The notes under the pieces are model-generated. The model saw only the letters and a program-made list of their open reading frames with translations. It made no database searches and was not told the DNA's origin. From contig NW_027271175.1 in assembly GCF_040938485.1 (NCBI RefSeq), positions 1,302,001 through 1,366,000 of the forward strand: a stretch of DNA of 64,000 nt, written 5' to 3'. The DNA is from Diadema antillarum. Taxonomy: Eukaryota. This document shows, piece after piece, positions 1 to 11,948 of the stretch (position 1 is its first letter; each line of letters opens with the position of its first letter). Made by a program: the position numbers and the translations under genes.

Positions 1-262
1 CGAGCGATCGAGTGCGTTGTGCTGGTGGTTGACGTTGACATATTTGACGTATTTGACTAACCCATATAATATAACAGATCATGATGACTTTTGTTGTCGG
101 GAACATGTACCAAACGTTCCACCCTCAGGGTTTGAAATGCTATTTCGGGAGGCTATAAGTCCCTCGACTTCGTCTCAGGACTTATAACCTCCCTCAATAG
201 CATTTCAAACCCTTCGGGTGGAACATTCGGTATGTTCCCTCCCCCGCCAGTCATCATCTATA
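1..262. mobile_element. Palindromic non-autonomous element (Crypton-like by inference), truncated by the window start
   Basis: About 180-nt imperfect palindrome (gatgact...gggaacat...gtttgaaatgctatt...tataagtccc / gggacttata...aatagcatttcaaac...atgttccc...agtcatc). Reverse-complement copy at about 35650-35930 with 5 mismatches over about 180 nt by eye. Confidence 0.75.
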
Positions 263-1454
263 GATATAATGTACACCGGGGTAGAAATACAACTGTACAT
301 TTTATGTATTGTACCAGTGTGTATGTGTCTTGGTAGTATCATGTACACTTGTACAGCTGTACTTACAATGTACAAGTTGTCGTATGATTCGGACTTGTAC
401 AATATCTAGCAGTACAGAAACAGGACTGATTTCACCATTAAAACAAGTGGCTTAAAAAAAAAATGCATTAAAGGACTTTGTTGTTACAATGTATTCTGTT
501 ATCACTTGGAATGCGCACTATTGTGCATCATCTCTAGGTAGATAAAAAAGAACAACATTTGAAGGAAATACAGTATCTTCAAAAATGTGTGAGTGACAAA
601 AGCTTGCGATCTAGAAAATCGGTATGCAGGGGCAGGCCTGTTGACTCAACCAGTCAACAAACTTTTTTAATCGAAGGCATTTCACCAGCATTACAGAAAC
701 TACTCTCAGTTGTATTTTCTTGATATTGGATCATGAGAATTCAGTCATTGTTTTTAATGCCATTAGAGAATTAACTGTAACACAATTCAGTTGATCAGTT
801 GATGATGCAGTGTCTATGACAGCTTTGTGTGTGTCAAAATAGATGTTTTGATTGATTATGTACTTTCTTTGTTAATGTTGTCTTGTGCATGCTTGTACCA
901 GATTTCAAATTGTGCCAAAAAGACTTTCTGAATGTCTTTTTTAATGTAAAAACAAACAAACAAACAAACAAATAAACTATTGGAGAAGACAGGCATTTAT
1001 GCACTTTTGTCCTGTAAAGGTGGACATTTTCACTCATTTTATGCAACCAGAAGCTAGCGCGAAAACAAAAGCATGCGAATATTTTTGCATGCCATATATG
1101 TTCCAGTAGTTAATGTCTTGATTGCGCAGAATTAAAAACAAGCAATATTATTTTTACCCGGCCGAGCACAAAAAATTACTCACGCGAAAATATCCACTTT
1201 TACAGTACGCTACTCTTGATATGAAGTGTACATGTATACATGTACAATTCGTTCTGTACAATAGAGGGCAATACTTCTGTGCAATCTGCTCTAGATTTCA
1301 CAAAAACTGAAAAAAATGAATATTCCATCATACCATTTACTATCTGCCCATGTAATGTGCACAGGTTTGGATAGGATTTTTTTTTTTTTCAAATTTATAT
1401 CTGAAGATTGATGTCTGGCAGAATAGAGAGCCCTTCTCAAACAGGTATCAATCA

Positions 1455-1594
1455 GGGGGGCGTTTCATGAAGCGTTTTGTCAGATATTTCGTCTGACAAA
1501 ATGTTAAAAGCTACTGAAATCCTTGCATCTGATTAGCTGAGAGCAAATTTGTCCGACAAGTTGTCGGACAAAAATGCTTCATGAAATGCCCCCC
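1455..1594. mobile_element. MITE with GGGGGCGTTTCATGAAGC terminal inverted repeats (PIF/Harbinger-like by inference)
   Basis: 5' ggggggcgtttcatgaagcgttttgtc and 3' gacaaaaatgcttcatgaaatgcccccc. Core (gctactgaaatccttgcatctgatt..ctgagagcaaatttgtc) is shared, inverted, with 17068-17215. Confidence 0.8.
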
Positions 1595-2023
1595 AGTTGC
1601 GAAACATGATCTGAATGTGAAAGGAATGTATAGTCTCTTTGTCTCGGATTCATGCATTACCACTCAGGATACACCGTTGTGGCACAGAATTCAGCATGGG
1701 AGTGATGTACGATAGAATAAGGGGAGAGAGGGTGTATTGTGACAGCCATTTTAGACCTTTTTTCTTGTTTTCTCCCGGTTGCTTCCATTTGAGATGCTGC
1801 CGAGAGCTGCACTTTTGTGTTGTGCTAACAGTCAGAGTGCTCCGGCAATATCAGAGGTGTGAAAGATCATGTTTACAGAACTGTGCAAATTTTGAACCAT
1901 TCCCAGATATATATATTACCCTTTTTTCTTTTTTTTTTCCCCTCCCCTACTTGCAAAGGAACATTATGCTGTTTGTAAAGGAAATAGCGAAAGGAGACCA
2001 CCACTTCTGTATTCACAAATGAG

Positions 2024-2226
2024 GTATGTAGGAGAGAGAAAAGGGCAGGGGGATAAAAAAGGGCATAATGGGTGTATAATATGGACATCCTGAAGTAGAA
2101 AAGGTTTTCTTTTGCATTTGAACGGGAAAGGAAGGGAGGGGGGAAAAAAAAACCTGCTTGATAATATTCCTAGGTCTTGATTGACATGCAGAGTGTTACC
2201 TGTGACTCACTCAACCACATTTTCAG
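2024..2226 (+). other. Possible 5' UTR intron of the CDK2AP1 gene
   Basis: Donor-like GAG|GTATGT at 2024 and acceptor-like cattttcAG at 2226, upstream of the first in-frame ATG. No transcript evidence. Confidence 0.3.
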
Positions 2227-2547
2227 TGTATCAGAGAGAAGCTTTCCATTCCGTGTGTGTCGGGGAGAGATGCAGGCTGTTCTCAAGTTCTCTCACGTCT
2301 AGTCGTATGTGCATCTTTTGCCGGAGACAAAAAGTGGGCCCCCGCTTTCGTGCTGCACGGCGTACAGGGATCTCTGGGACTAATTTTAGCCGAAATTAAG
2401 TTGCCGAGTCGACTCCAGAGAGGCCCCGGTCTGTCCGCCCAGGGACCACAACGAGCAGGGATCACCCTAAATAGATAGAAAAAAAAAAGGTTGCACCCCT
2501 CTAGAGGCAGCGAAAACAGAGTACGAGAGAGAGAGAGGGAGAGAGAT

Positions 2548-5500
2548 ATGTATCATCATTATCCTTTCTCACTCTATCCGCCCCAGGATCAGCTGGAGCT
2601 TCTTGACTTACAGCGCCACCACCACCACCATCAGCAGCAGCAGCAGCAACAGCAGCATTTCATGACCGAGCTCGACAAGAAGCCGGTCATCCTCGTCGTG
2701 CCCAGCGTCCCCGGCCCGTCCACGCCGTCGTCCACCTACTCGTCCTCACCGAAGATGGCCACGCCCATGAACGCGGCGGCCGCGGGAGGCAGCCGCATGA
2801 TGACCTCAATGAGCGGCCAGACCATGCACATGGCGGGAGGCGGAGGGGGAGGAGGGGGAGGGGGATCAGCCGGCCTGCCTCCTGGGATGCTGTCCTCCCA
2901 GGAGATGCCCACAAACTTGATGGTGAAGCCCCACGCTCCGGCCGGCCAGCAGTCTGTACATGCAGGAGGTAGGACTCTTGTGCATGCACCCGCCAAGAGA
3001 GGTATTTATGTCTTGCTTGCTTTGCTTTCACCGCTCTCACTCCTCCTGTCAGTAGAAACTTGTATTGAGGATTAAACTTGAATTGAGGACCGACATTTTT
3101 CACTCCTTATACCATGGCCTAGGGGAACACAGTACACTGTACAGTACAATAAGTGTACAAAAGTTGTATTCACCACATTCATGCTGATGTCCACTTTCTG
3201 CCCCCAAAACATTGTTAAAAAAAAAAAAATAGTTATGTCGTTAAATTTGTTTTAAGGTATCTTTGCAAAATTGGTCACAAATACTGCCAAAACTTTCTGT
3301 TCACCAGCAATTACATTTATGTTGAATTATTGAATCTCTGTTTTATGCAAGGACTTGCAAGTAATTAGATTTTCTTGCGTTCGCATCAAATGCATTTACT
3401 TTCAACAAGTTTCTACTGCTCCATCTTGTGATTATTTTATGCACTTGAAATGTGATTCTTTCACTTATTTTGGTTTGTTTTTTATAAGTTTCACTTGAGA
3501 TTAATCACTCATCTTTGTGTTGCTTATGTTATAACAGTCTTTCTCATTCTCGTACTTGGAACAACTGTAGGTCTTCATCTCACACTTCAACTGTGTATTG
3601 TTATTCCATAAAGCTATATATTCACCCATCAACATCTTTCATATCAGACTGTATTGTGTACAGTTCTCATTGCAGCATACACTTTATACTTCATAAATGT
3701 ATGCCATGCATGGACGAATATGTAAGATACAATTTACTGTCACATGGGCGTACCGGTATCATAGTATAAATTTAAGACTTCCAAAACAGAATGCTTCTTT
3801 TACTATTAGCCTACTGAATCCCAAACTACTGATACCATTTTGTTTTTAAACCAGCAAGAGAGCACACATGCATGACTTCTGTAAAAAACAACAACAACAA
3901 CAACAACACTAAAAAGTACCAGAACATCATAACATAGAGTTCCACCTTTCTTTTTATTGTAACATGGAAGATGTCTTCTCACATTTATGCATGTGTGTGC
4001 TTGCTATCATGTGAAAATTCCAATGTTTTGAGCCCAGTATCACTCAAATACCATTATTTCAAAGACAGTATCACTTTCTGATTCTGTGGATATAATATTA
4101 TGCTCATTTATATGTACAGGTATGGTGTGTTACTGTTGAAACTTCAAGTACATGTATGTACATATATAATTTGTCTATTTCCCCTGCAAAATTACCCTAG
4201 GGCAATTCCATGAGATGGGTGTCATGGGGTGAAAAATAAATTGTTATGTTGAAACTTGCCACCTATTTTATTTTGTTTTAAACTACGTCTAGGCATGTGG
4301 AACAGTCATTTTTTACACTAATATACCTCCAGAATGACAGATATTACACTTTAAAGTCAAATTACATTTTCATTGAGAATTACATTGAAAATGTACGTGA
4401 ATGTTTGAGTTGTATCCATAGAATATAAAAGAATGGTAAGTAATTGATTTGTTGATTTTTACGATGTATTGGGTATTAGTTACTAGTTGTCAGTAAGGAA
4501 AAAATGATCCGTATTCCCATGAATTGGTATTGCAGTATTATTTATACAGTTTTAGTTATCATATTTTTACAGTGTTCACCGTTTGTCACAACAATGGTAA
4601 AGGCCAGACTGTCTCTTCCAATTCTAAATAGTGTATGCTAAAAAAGGAGGGGTGACTGGTACATGTACCAGTATTCTATTTTGAACATTCAAAAAGTTTG
4701 AATACATACACCTTTTAGTATTATAATAGGCTCTTGAAGGAAAGGTGTTAGAAATCAAATGGAAGTAATAGGAGCTATCACTTTCTATTTCAATTTTTAA
4801 CTCCTTTTCTTCTAACGCCTTTCTTTTTCATCACACAAAACTATAGCAAGTACATTACCGTATGTATGCTGTAGATATATTCTCCCATATGAAGGAAGGT
4901 AATTTGATATGATTTTCACATCTCTTAGAAGAAGATTACACAAATTGCTTGACCTGAAGTTTTCAAGATTTCCGACCAAATCTTATCCTGAAAAATTTAA
5001 TGACTCGCATTTACTCTACAGTATAATTTTCATTTGGGGGAAAGGCAAAAAGAAGCATGTTACTCATGGTATTTTCCAGTCGAGTCATGGAGAGTTCATA
5101 TGATAAAATGTCAAAAGGCAAAGTTTTGAAGAATTTTACTGGAATTCTTATTTGAACTGGGGGAGTACAAATGTACTTTGTACAAAGACTGATGGTTTAA
5201 TTCTGCCCAGTGCCTCATCATTTCAATGTATTTTACCAGTGGTGATTTATCTGCACTATATTAAGATTATCACTAAGTAGTGATTGGAATATGGCATTAT
5301 AACTCAGGTTGGGAAGAAAGGAGATTGAAAATGTCTCCAAATGATTGTTAAGGACTCTCAGGGAAAATGTTTAATACTAATGTAGCATTTCTGTACAGTA
5401 ATTCTAGTGAGGAACGAGTTTGTACTGCATTACATTGCAGCTGTAAAAGCTGATTATCGGCAGTTAAAACTAGTTGTAAATGTTTCCAAGGCATGCACAT

Positions 5501-8500
5501 TTAGCTCAAGTTCACATTTCAAAAAAAAAAACTACTCTCAAATTCTTTTGAAACGCAATAAATAAACGCTCCCAAGTAGACACTCAAAATGGACTCAAGC
5601 AGCTATACATTCACTGTGTTGGTCATTGATTGTTATCAGTAATTTCTGTTTGACACCATTATATCATTATCATTTTTTTTAAAGTCTGCAAAATTCCCAA
5701 AAACATTTTCACCTTTGTACAATGCATTGAAAATCCACACATTCACATAGCCTTTTGCTCCCATCTGATTTTTATCATTTCTTTCTTTCTTTCGTTTCCA
5801 TTGGTACAATGTACTGTAGCATTTGGCACATAACACCGTGCATGAAGTACGCTCGATGCGATTTGCATTCTAACAGCGTCACTCAGTGTGTTCATATCAC
5901 TTATCTCTGCATGTGAGCATCTTGAAAGCCATTTTGCTCCGCTCCGCATTGAATTTGAAGAGTATTGACAAAGGGTGGTATTCTCCCATCCTGATGCATA
6001 CATCAACTGTACACAGTGAAGATGCACCTGCTCGTTGAAGTGGGCCGAGCTCCTTTTCGTTGCTCTCAAGCAGTTTCATGTAAAGCAATATTAACATTGT
6101 AGTTTATGACTAGTAATTCAGCTAATTTGTCTCATTACTCTGCAGTTCTGTTGTTTAATTCGGTTATCTTGTATGTATAGTCTGTTATATTTTTTTTTTG
6201 ATTGAATTACATTCAACTTTATTGTACAGCTTGCATGCTAGAGATACAATTTGTACATGGCTCAGAATTACTGTGTGAAGCATACACATTTTAAGTGAGA
6301 TTTTTCATAACCCATCTTATTCTTTCATATGAAACTCTATCCTCTCAACCTGAAGGCAAATCAGCCTTGTAGCTGTTTAGAGGTTGCAATTATACACTCT
6401 GCAATGTATTGTGAGATTCTAAATTTAGGGTGACAATTTAGGGTGCTTCAACAAAGAAATTATGTTTATTAATGAATTCACTTTAAATGTCAAGATGTTA
6501 AATCATTTATGCCATTACTCTGTGTAGTTAAGGACCTAAACACAAACATACCGTAAAGCAGGTAGATTTTTGCAGCATGACATTTTTGCAAATTGGGGCC
6601 GACAGCCTTTTTGGGGCATGAAATTTTTACATATTGTCACTGGCATTCAGTGCATTTAGTGAAGACAAAAACTTTGACATGCATTTTATGGAAATTTTGC
6701 AAATCTTGGCTCTCGCGAAATTTGAGAAATTGAAATGCACGTGAACAATCCTCCTCTTACAGTATCAGACACAGTATGCTTTGATTATATAGAAGCATGT
6801 ATTTGATGTATCACTGAACACACACAGCCCATTTTCCAACGAAGACATTCGATTTAAAGAACATTATACAAGACGAGTCAGGTACAGGAAAAAAAAAAAA
6901 GTGTGATTCAGAATTGTCTCGCAATGATGAATTTCCTGTTCTCCTGCACACTCCAGACAATGTCGTCAACCTCGTTCTTCAGAATGCAACCTCCCATCGG
7001 GTACAAATGGGATTTCCTGTGTCTACGAAACATTCAATGTTCTCACAGACAAATGCCTTAGTCATGAGGTGGTGCATCAGTGATGCTGTGATACTGACAC
7101 AGCGTTGGAAGTGTATACAATTTTATTTTGTTATTGTTAATTTGGATGGATTTATTGATTGAACTCCATACGCCAATGTGAATCACGCTTTCATTCTTGC
7201 GTAGACAAGAGAATTTCCGTTGGCATGACACTTGACTTCCTTTGTGTGTTTGGTTGCCATGTAAACGTACAGCTTGCCGTCATCGCGGGCGTTGGCAAGA
7301 GTGAGGTGCAGTCAGTGAAAGGATTTTAGCAAGTCTAGGAATTCATGTTAATTTATTCATAAGATGTTATGTGCCAACACATGGAAATTTTTGCTATCAC
7401 TACTCAGAAAGAAACACAATTCAACAAATACAAGAACATTGATGTAATGGCATTTTGTGCACAAGCAAGATTGTTCAGTGGTGCCTTTCGATAGAGCGTC
7501 TGTAGTTTGAAAAAGATCAAAGTTGAAAATGAAAAGACTGCCTGGAAATGATGCATGTGTTCACATTTTTCAGCATGTCTTCACATCTGTTTGGTGAGAC
7601 GCTGCATTTAGTATCAAAAGCATGTGTCAAGAGGAGTACATGTACATAGTACTTCAGAAGCAGACACTAGTGGAGCTTGCTTGAATTCACAGATGCGGCC
7701 TTGGCAATATACCGTATGTCCCCCCAAAAAAATTACAGTGGGACCCTCCGCAATGATAACTTTAGAACTAGTGAATCAATCCAAATACAATTTCAGGGTA
7801 TGAAACTATAACTCATTGCCCACATCCTACAGAAAACCCCATTTGATTTGTTTCAGTGGTCAAAGAGAAATGAGAAGTTTTGTAGAACATGTCAGGAATC
7901 CCTTCCCTTCAAGTTCTGTCGATTGTGTTAAACTTGGAAGAATCAGACCCATGACATGCTTTACAATAATCCACATTTCTCTATGACCCCATAACCAAAT
8001 TGAATGAGGTTTTCTGCAAAATAGAGCTAAGATGTTGTCTTATAAGACCCTGATGTAGCATTTAGACAGTTTAATCATGTTGGGAGTTATCAATGCAAAA
8101 AGCCGATTGTAATTTTTTGGGGGGACATACTGTACCATTCATTAGTTTTGATGTCTAATTGAGGTTGCAGCACTCTCTTTGCTGTGAAAAGTTTTATGAG
8201 TTGACTGGCACGTCTTATGTGTGATGCAAACTCAAGTCTTCGTGAAGGCTTTTTTTTTTTTGTAAATTGTAAATGGATATTACTGTCTACGCAGTTATAC
8301 TGTGCAGGGTTTTTTTTTTTCATTATTTAATAGCAAATTTTGCAAGTTGACTGATGATTCGCAAAATTAACAACTTGGCAAAAAGTTATTGCCTCTCATA
8401 ACACTAAAAGCATTTTATATCGTCTCCAAGTTCGGAACTTGCTCATTTTTCTCTTGAGATTTGGTAATAATTCAATGTGGCACGTACTAGCTCGATTCAA

Positions 8501-11500
8501 CCACTCACAAACAAGTCCCGGGAGTCTTTGAAGGGATACATTGTACTCTTGTAAAATGAGGTGTATACCACGTAGTACAGCGATAGATATTACAGGCTTA
8601 CACAAAAGATACCACTTGAAAAACTTCCAAAGGTATACTTGATCAGAAGGTTGTTTCTAGAGTTTTAATCCTCTGCCACAAAGTGTTGCCAGGAGCATTA
8701 TGTTTTTGGTTGTCCATCACTCCGTTCTTGCGTCCATGATCAGTTTCGTAGACAATGTAATGCAAGAACCATTTGAGGTATTCAAGGTTTTGAGCCATAG
8801 GGTCAAAGGCCAAAGATCATGTGCAAATGCTAACTTTTCACTTTTTTGTCCATGACACAAGGTATCTGCATCAATTCTCAATACATTTACAGTACCTTGT
8901 ACAATGTACATGAATTGCCTGACAATGATTCACTCTCGAAGTTTTGGGTCATGGGGTGAAAGGTCATGATAAAATGCTAAAATTGCATTATTAAATCTGA
9001 AATTACACCTTTGTTCTCTCTCTCCATACTTTGGGAATGATTCAATGTTAATTAGATTTGGTATATCCAGTGTATGCACAACTAATGATTCTGTAGGGAA
9101 AGATTGTGGCCATGTGGTCAATGGTCAAGTCAAACAATTTAGCCATCCAGATGAAACTTGGTTCAAGGAATGTTATTATAGCCACTCAACACGTTATGGG
9201 GTTGTGCCATCAAACTTTCAATCAGGCCAAGTTGTACTAGACCCATTAGAAGAACAATGCAATATAGCGAAGGCATGTACACCAGTCGCTGCAGCAACAT
9301 TTTTTTTTTTTTTTTGGGGGGGGGGGGGGGGTGAGAAAAAAGAAGTTATCAAAGAAGAGATGCTCAGAGTAATTTTACTTCTTTGAAAGTCACAGGTTTT
9401 GATTGTTGCTTTAAAAATGTGAAGTATTGTGTAGGCAAGGAACATTTTTTTAATACCCAGGAGGCATGGCTGATGATTTAGATCAAAGGAATGGGCTAGC
9501 CTTTCAAAACTTACTGTACAGCCAAATGAACTTTGTGAAAATATTCAACTGGTAACCATTGTGTGGAATTCACATTTGTGTGCTAAGTGAATAGTATGTA
9601 ATATTAATTTCTTGGATCTTTGATGGACCTCCCAAACATCTCCTGTCGAGTTTTAACTGGAGGTTGCGTAGAGAGTGGACTTTCAGAAAAAAGGATGAGA
9701 AGGAAGGGTCCTCAAAAAGAGCATGTTTTGAAAACTTAGGAGGGTCCTTTTGGGAAATAGTAGATACACTGTAGAGCCATTTTGGTTCCATGCTTTTATA
9801 GTGCATGCACGAAAGGAAAACTTGTAGACATCAGATGAAGTTTGATATAAATCACAAACTGCTTGGTATTTAATACGTAATTTATTAAAAGCAAAATATG
9901 TCAATCTTTTAAATGGTACCAGTATTCAGTAGTGGCAAATAGTCACAGTAAGTTTTTGTACAGTGTATATTTTCATTGAAAGGGATGATTATACATTTCA
10001 GTACAATACCCTAAATATCAGAACTTTACAGGAATAAAGAAAATTGATATCTTGAGTACATAGATATCAGTGTTGGCATTTTCGAAAATTAGTTCAAAGC
10101 ATAATATTGACATAGTGAACAGCAGCCAGAGCTTAGCATTTGATTTGTACCGCAAATTGTATCTGTTGTGAAAGAATGCATTCATAATTCAGTGTGGACT
10201 GCACTTCATGTGCCTGATCTCATACATTTATGTACATGTATGCTTGTTTGTGGATCATACATACTGTATGTAGCTCTTCACTGGATGACTCAGAACCGGT
10301 GTACACACAATGTGTATGTATCTAAGAACAGGTACAGGTTGAGCTCACTTGAGGTGGGGAATCCACACACTGCTGAGAACTGGTAATGTTCTGGCCTCCT
10401 TGAAAGGTATCTAGGTATCTAGAACCAACATGTGGCTAAGAACCATTTACAGTGTATGTATGTTCCAACCCATCATAACAGAAACTAGGCCAGCGTTTAA
10501 AAAAAAGAGAAGATAAAACAACATTTTAACATGAGAACAGGCACGTTAGCCCATCTTGGGTTTGGACATATTTGGTGTATTTGGCCCACTTCTGTTTTGA
10601 TGAGAAATGCTGATTACTAGCCGCAAAGCAATTATTCTGCATACAGTGCTGTGTGCATAGCTATTTGATTGACAGCACTGCACATTGTTCTATTTTCATG
10701 CAGTTTTGTTTGTCAGCCGTCCCCCACCCCCCCCCCCTTCCTCAAACTTGATATATTACTGCACATAAATGGTGTGCTCCTATCACCCCTACACTGTGTA
10801 TTCACATCTCAATATAAAATTTGCAGAATCAGATTTTATTTCAGATGACCGTATAATACAGTACAGTCATAATTATTCTCATGTCTTATCCAGTAAAACT
10901 TTGACTAAAGGCACACTGATGTTTTCTTTTGTTTTGTTTGGGAAGGACTGAATGCCGCGGCAGTGATACAGCAACTTCAGCAACAGAGGCCGTCGGCGCC
11001 ACAGAGCAAATACGCCGAGCTACTGGCGGTCATCGAAGACATGGGCAGGGACATCCGACCGACGTACGCAGGGAGCCGGACGGCCACCGAGAGACTGAGA
11101 AGAGGTTTGATACCTCCCTGACCCCTCTACACCTTTCTTGTTTTGTTTTTCCCCTTAAATGTGATCCATATGTGGAGTGGAAAATTTAGTTGAAATTCTC
11201 GTGAGTCCTTCCATAAAGTCTTGTTCCTGACTTTCTGATTGTCAATAGAAAGTTAGTGAGTGTCAGGTTTAAACGAGCAAGTGTTCATAAACTTTGCGGC
11301 AGAGCACAGAAGCAATATCATGTGAATATAAACAGGAAGATTTGCATGCTGTGTGAAAACATTTACTTCTTGGTCCTAGGACAGACTTGGCAGCAAATTT
11401 GATTCTTATTTCCTCTCTCCAATGACAGTCCTCTTTGAGATGGTATAAATGTGTATGATTTGAGCATTAGATTTCACTGGTGCGTCAATGTAAAAGATTT

Positions 11501-11948
11501 AAAATAATGCATCAATACATGTATGTTTGTGTTAGGAGTTTGCCGTTTTACAGCCAGACTATGCAATCATATACTTTAGCCATGTCCCCTGCACACTTCT
11601 GAAGGAGACCCCCCCCCCCCCCCCACAATACCGAAAAAAAAAAAATCAAAAAAAAATCAACAACCCATAACAAAATAAATCCAGGAAAGAAGACTAGCTT
11701 TTCATATTATGGCTGCTCTGCTGCACAAGCCAGTAACTAAAAGAAAAAAGACAAGAAATTTGGCATAGCATTATTGTGTTGTTGATCAATCCTATGTTAA
11801 TGACTGATCGTGAACACCGAATGATGACATAATATGTGTATTTTTCCATGTTTCTCCTCCCTATTCTCTTTTGATGGAAGGGATCACACACGCCAAGGCC
11901 TTGGTGCGAGAGTGCCTGGCGGAGACGGAGCGCAGTGCCAGAACATGA
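2548..11948 (+). CDS. CDK2AP1: Cyclin-dependent kinase 2-associated protein 1/2 (DOC-1, NuRD subunit) homologue; join(2548..2968,10946..11104,11881..11948), about 215 aa
   Basis: Exons 2-3 encode [35 protein letters not shown]|[22 protein letters not shown], closely matching the human CDK2AP1 C-terminus. GT-AG junctions are phase-consistent (1,1). Exon 1 and the start codon are less certain: ATG 2548 is the first in-frame ATG after a stop, and extra exons in the 8-kb intron cannot be excluded. Confidence 0.9.
6549..6764. mobile_element. TA-flanked MITE (taccgta...tacagta termini) in CDK2AP1 intron 1
   Basis: Termini taccgtaaagcagg / ctcttacagta with internal attttcgc/gcgaaa-type motifs. Same style as 58649-59136 and 59753-60509. 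Confidence 0.5.
7710..8134. mobile_element. Tc1/mariner-type MITE in CDK2AP1 intron 1
   Basis: About 27-bp TIRs taccgtatgtccccccaaaaaaattaca / tgtaattttttggggggacatactgta with TA ends. Confidence 0.75.

Noticed and set aside
2969-3075. Read-through tail of ORF 2491..3075
   Set aside because: It runs past a good donor (GAG|GTAGGA at 2969) into intron; the TTG start at 2491 only adds a GA-repeat translation.
2687-3103. Minus-strand ORFs over CDK2AP1 exon 1
   Set aside because: Antisense shadows of a GC-rich, low-complexity exon.
6920-7100. Possible C/D snoRNA (ATGATGA at about 6924, CTGA at about 7094) in intron 1
   Set aside because: About 170 nt between boxes, no terminal stem and no recognisable rRNA antisense element.
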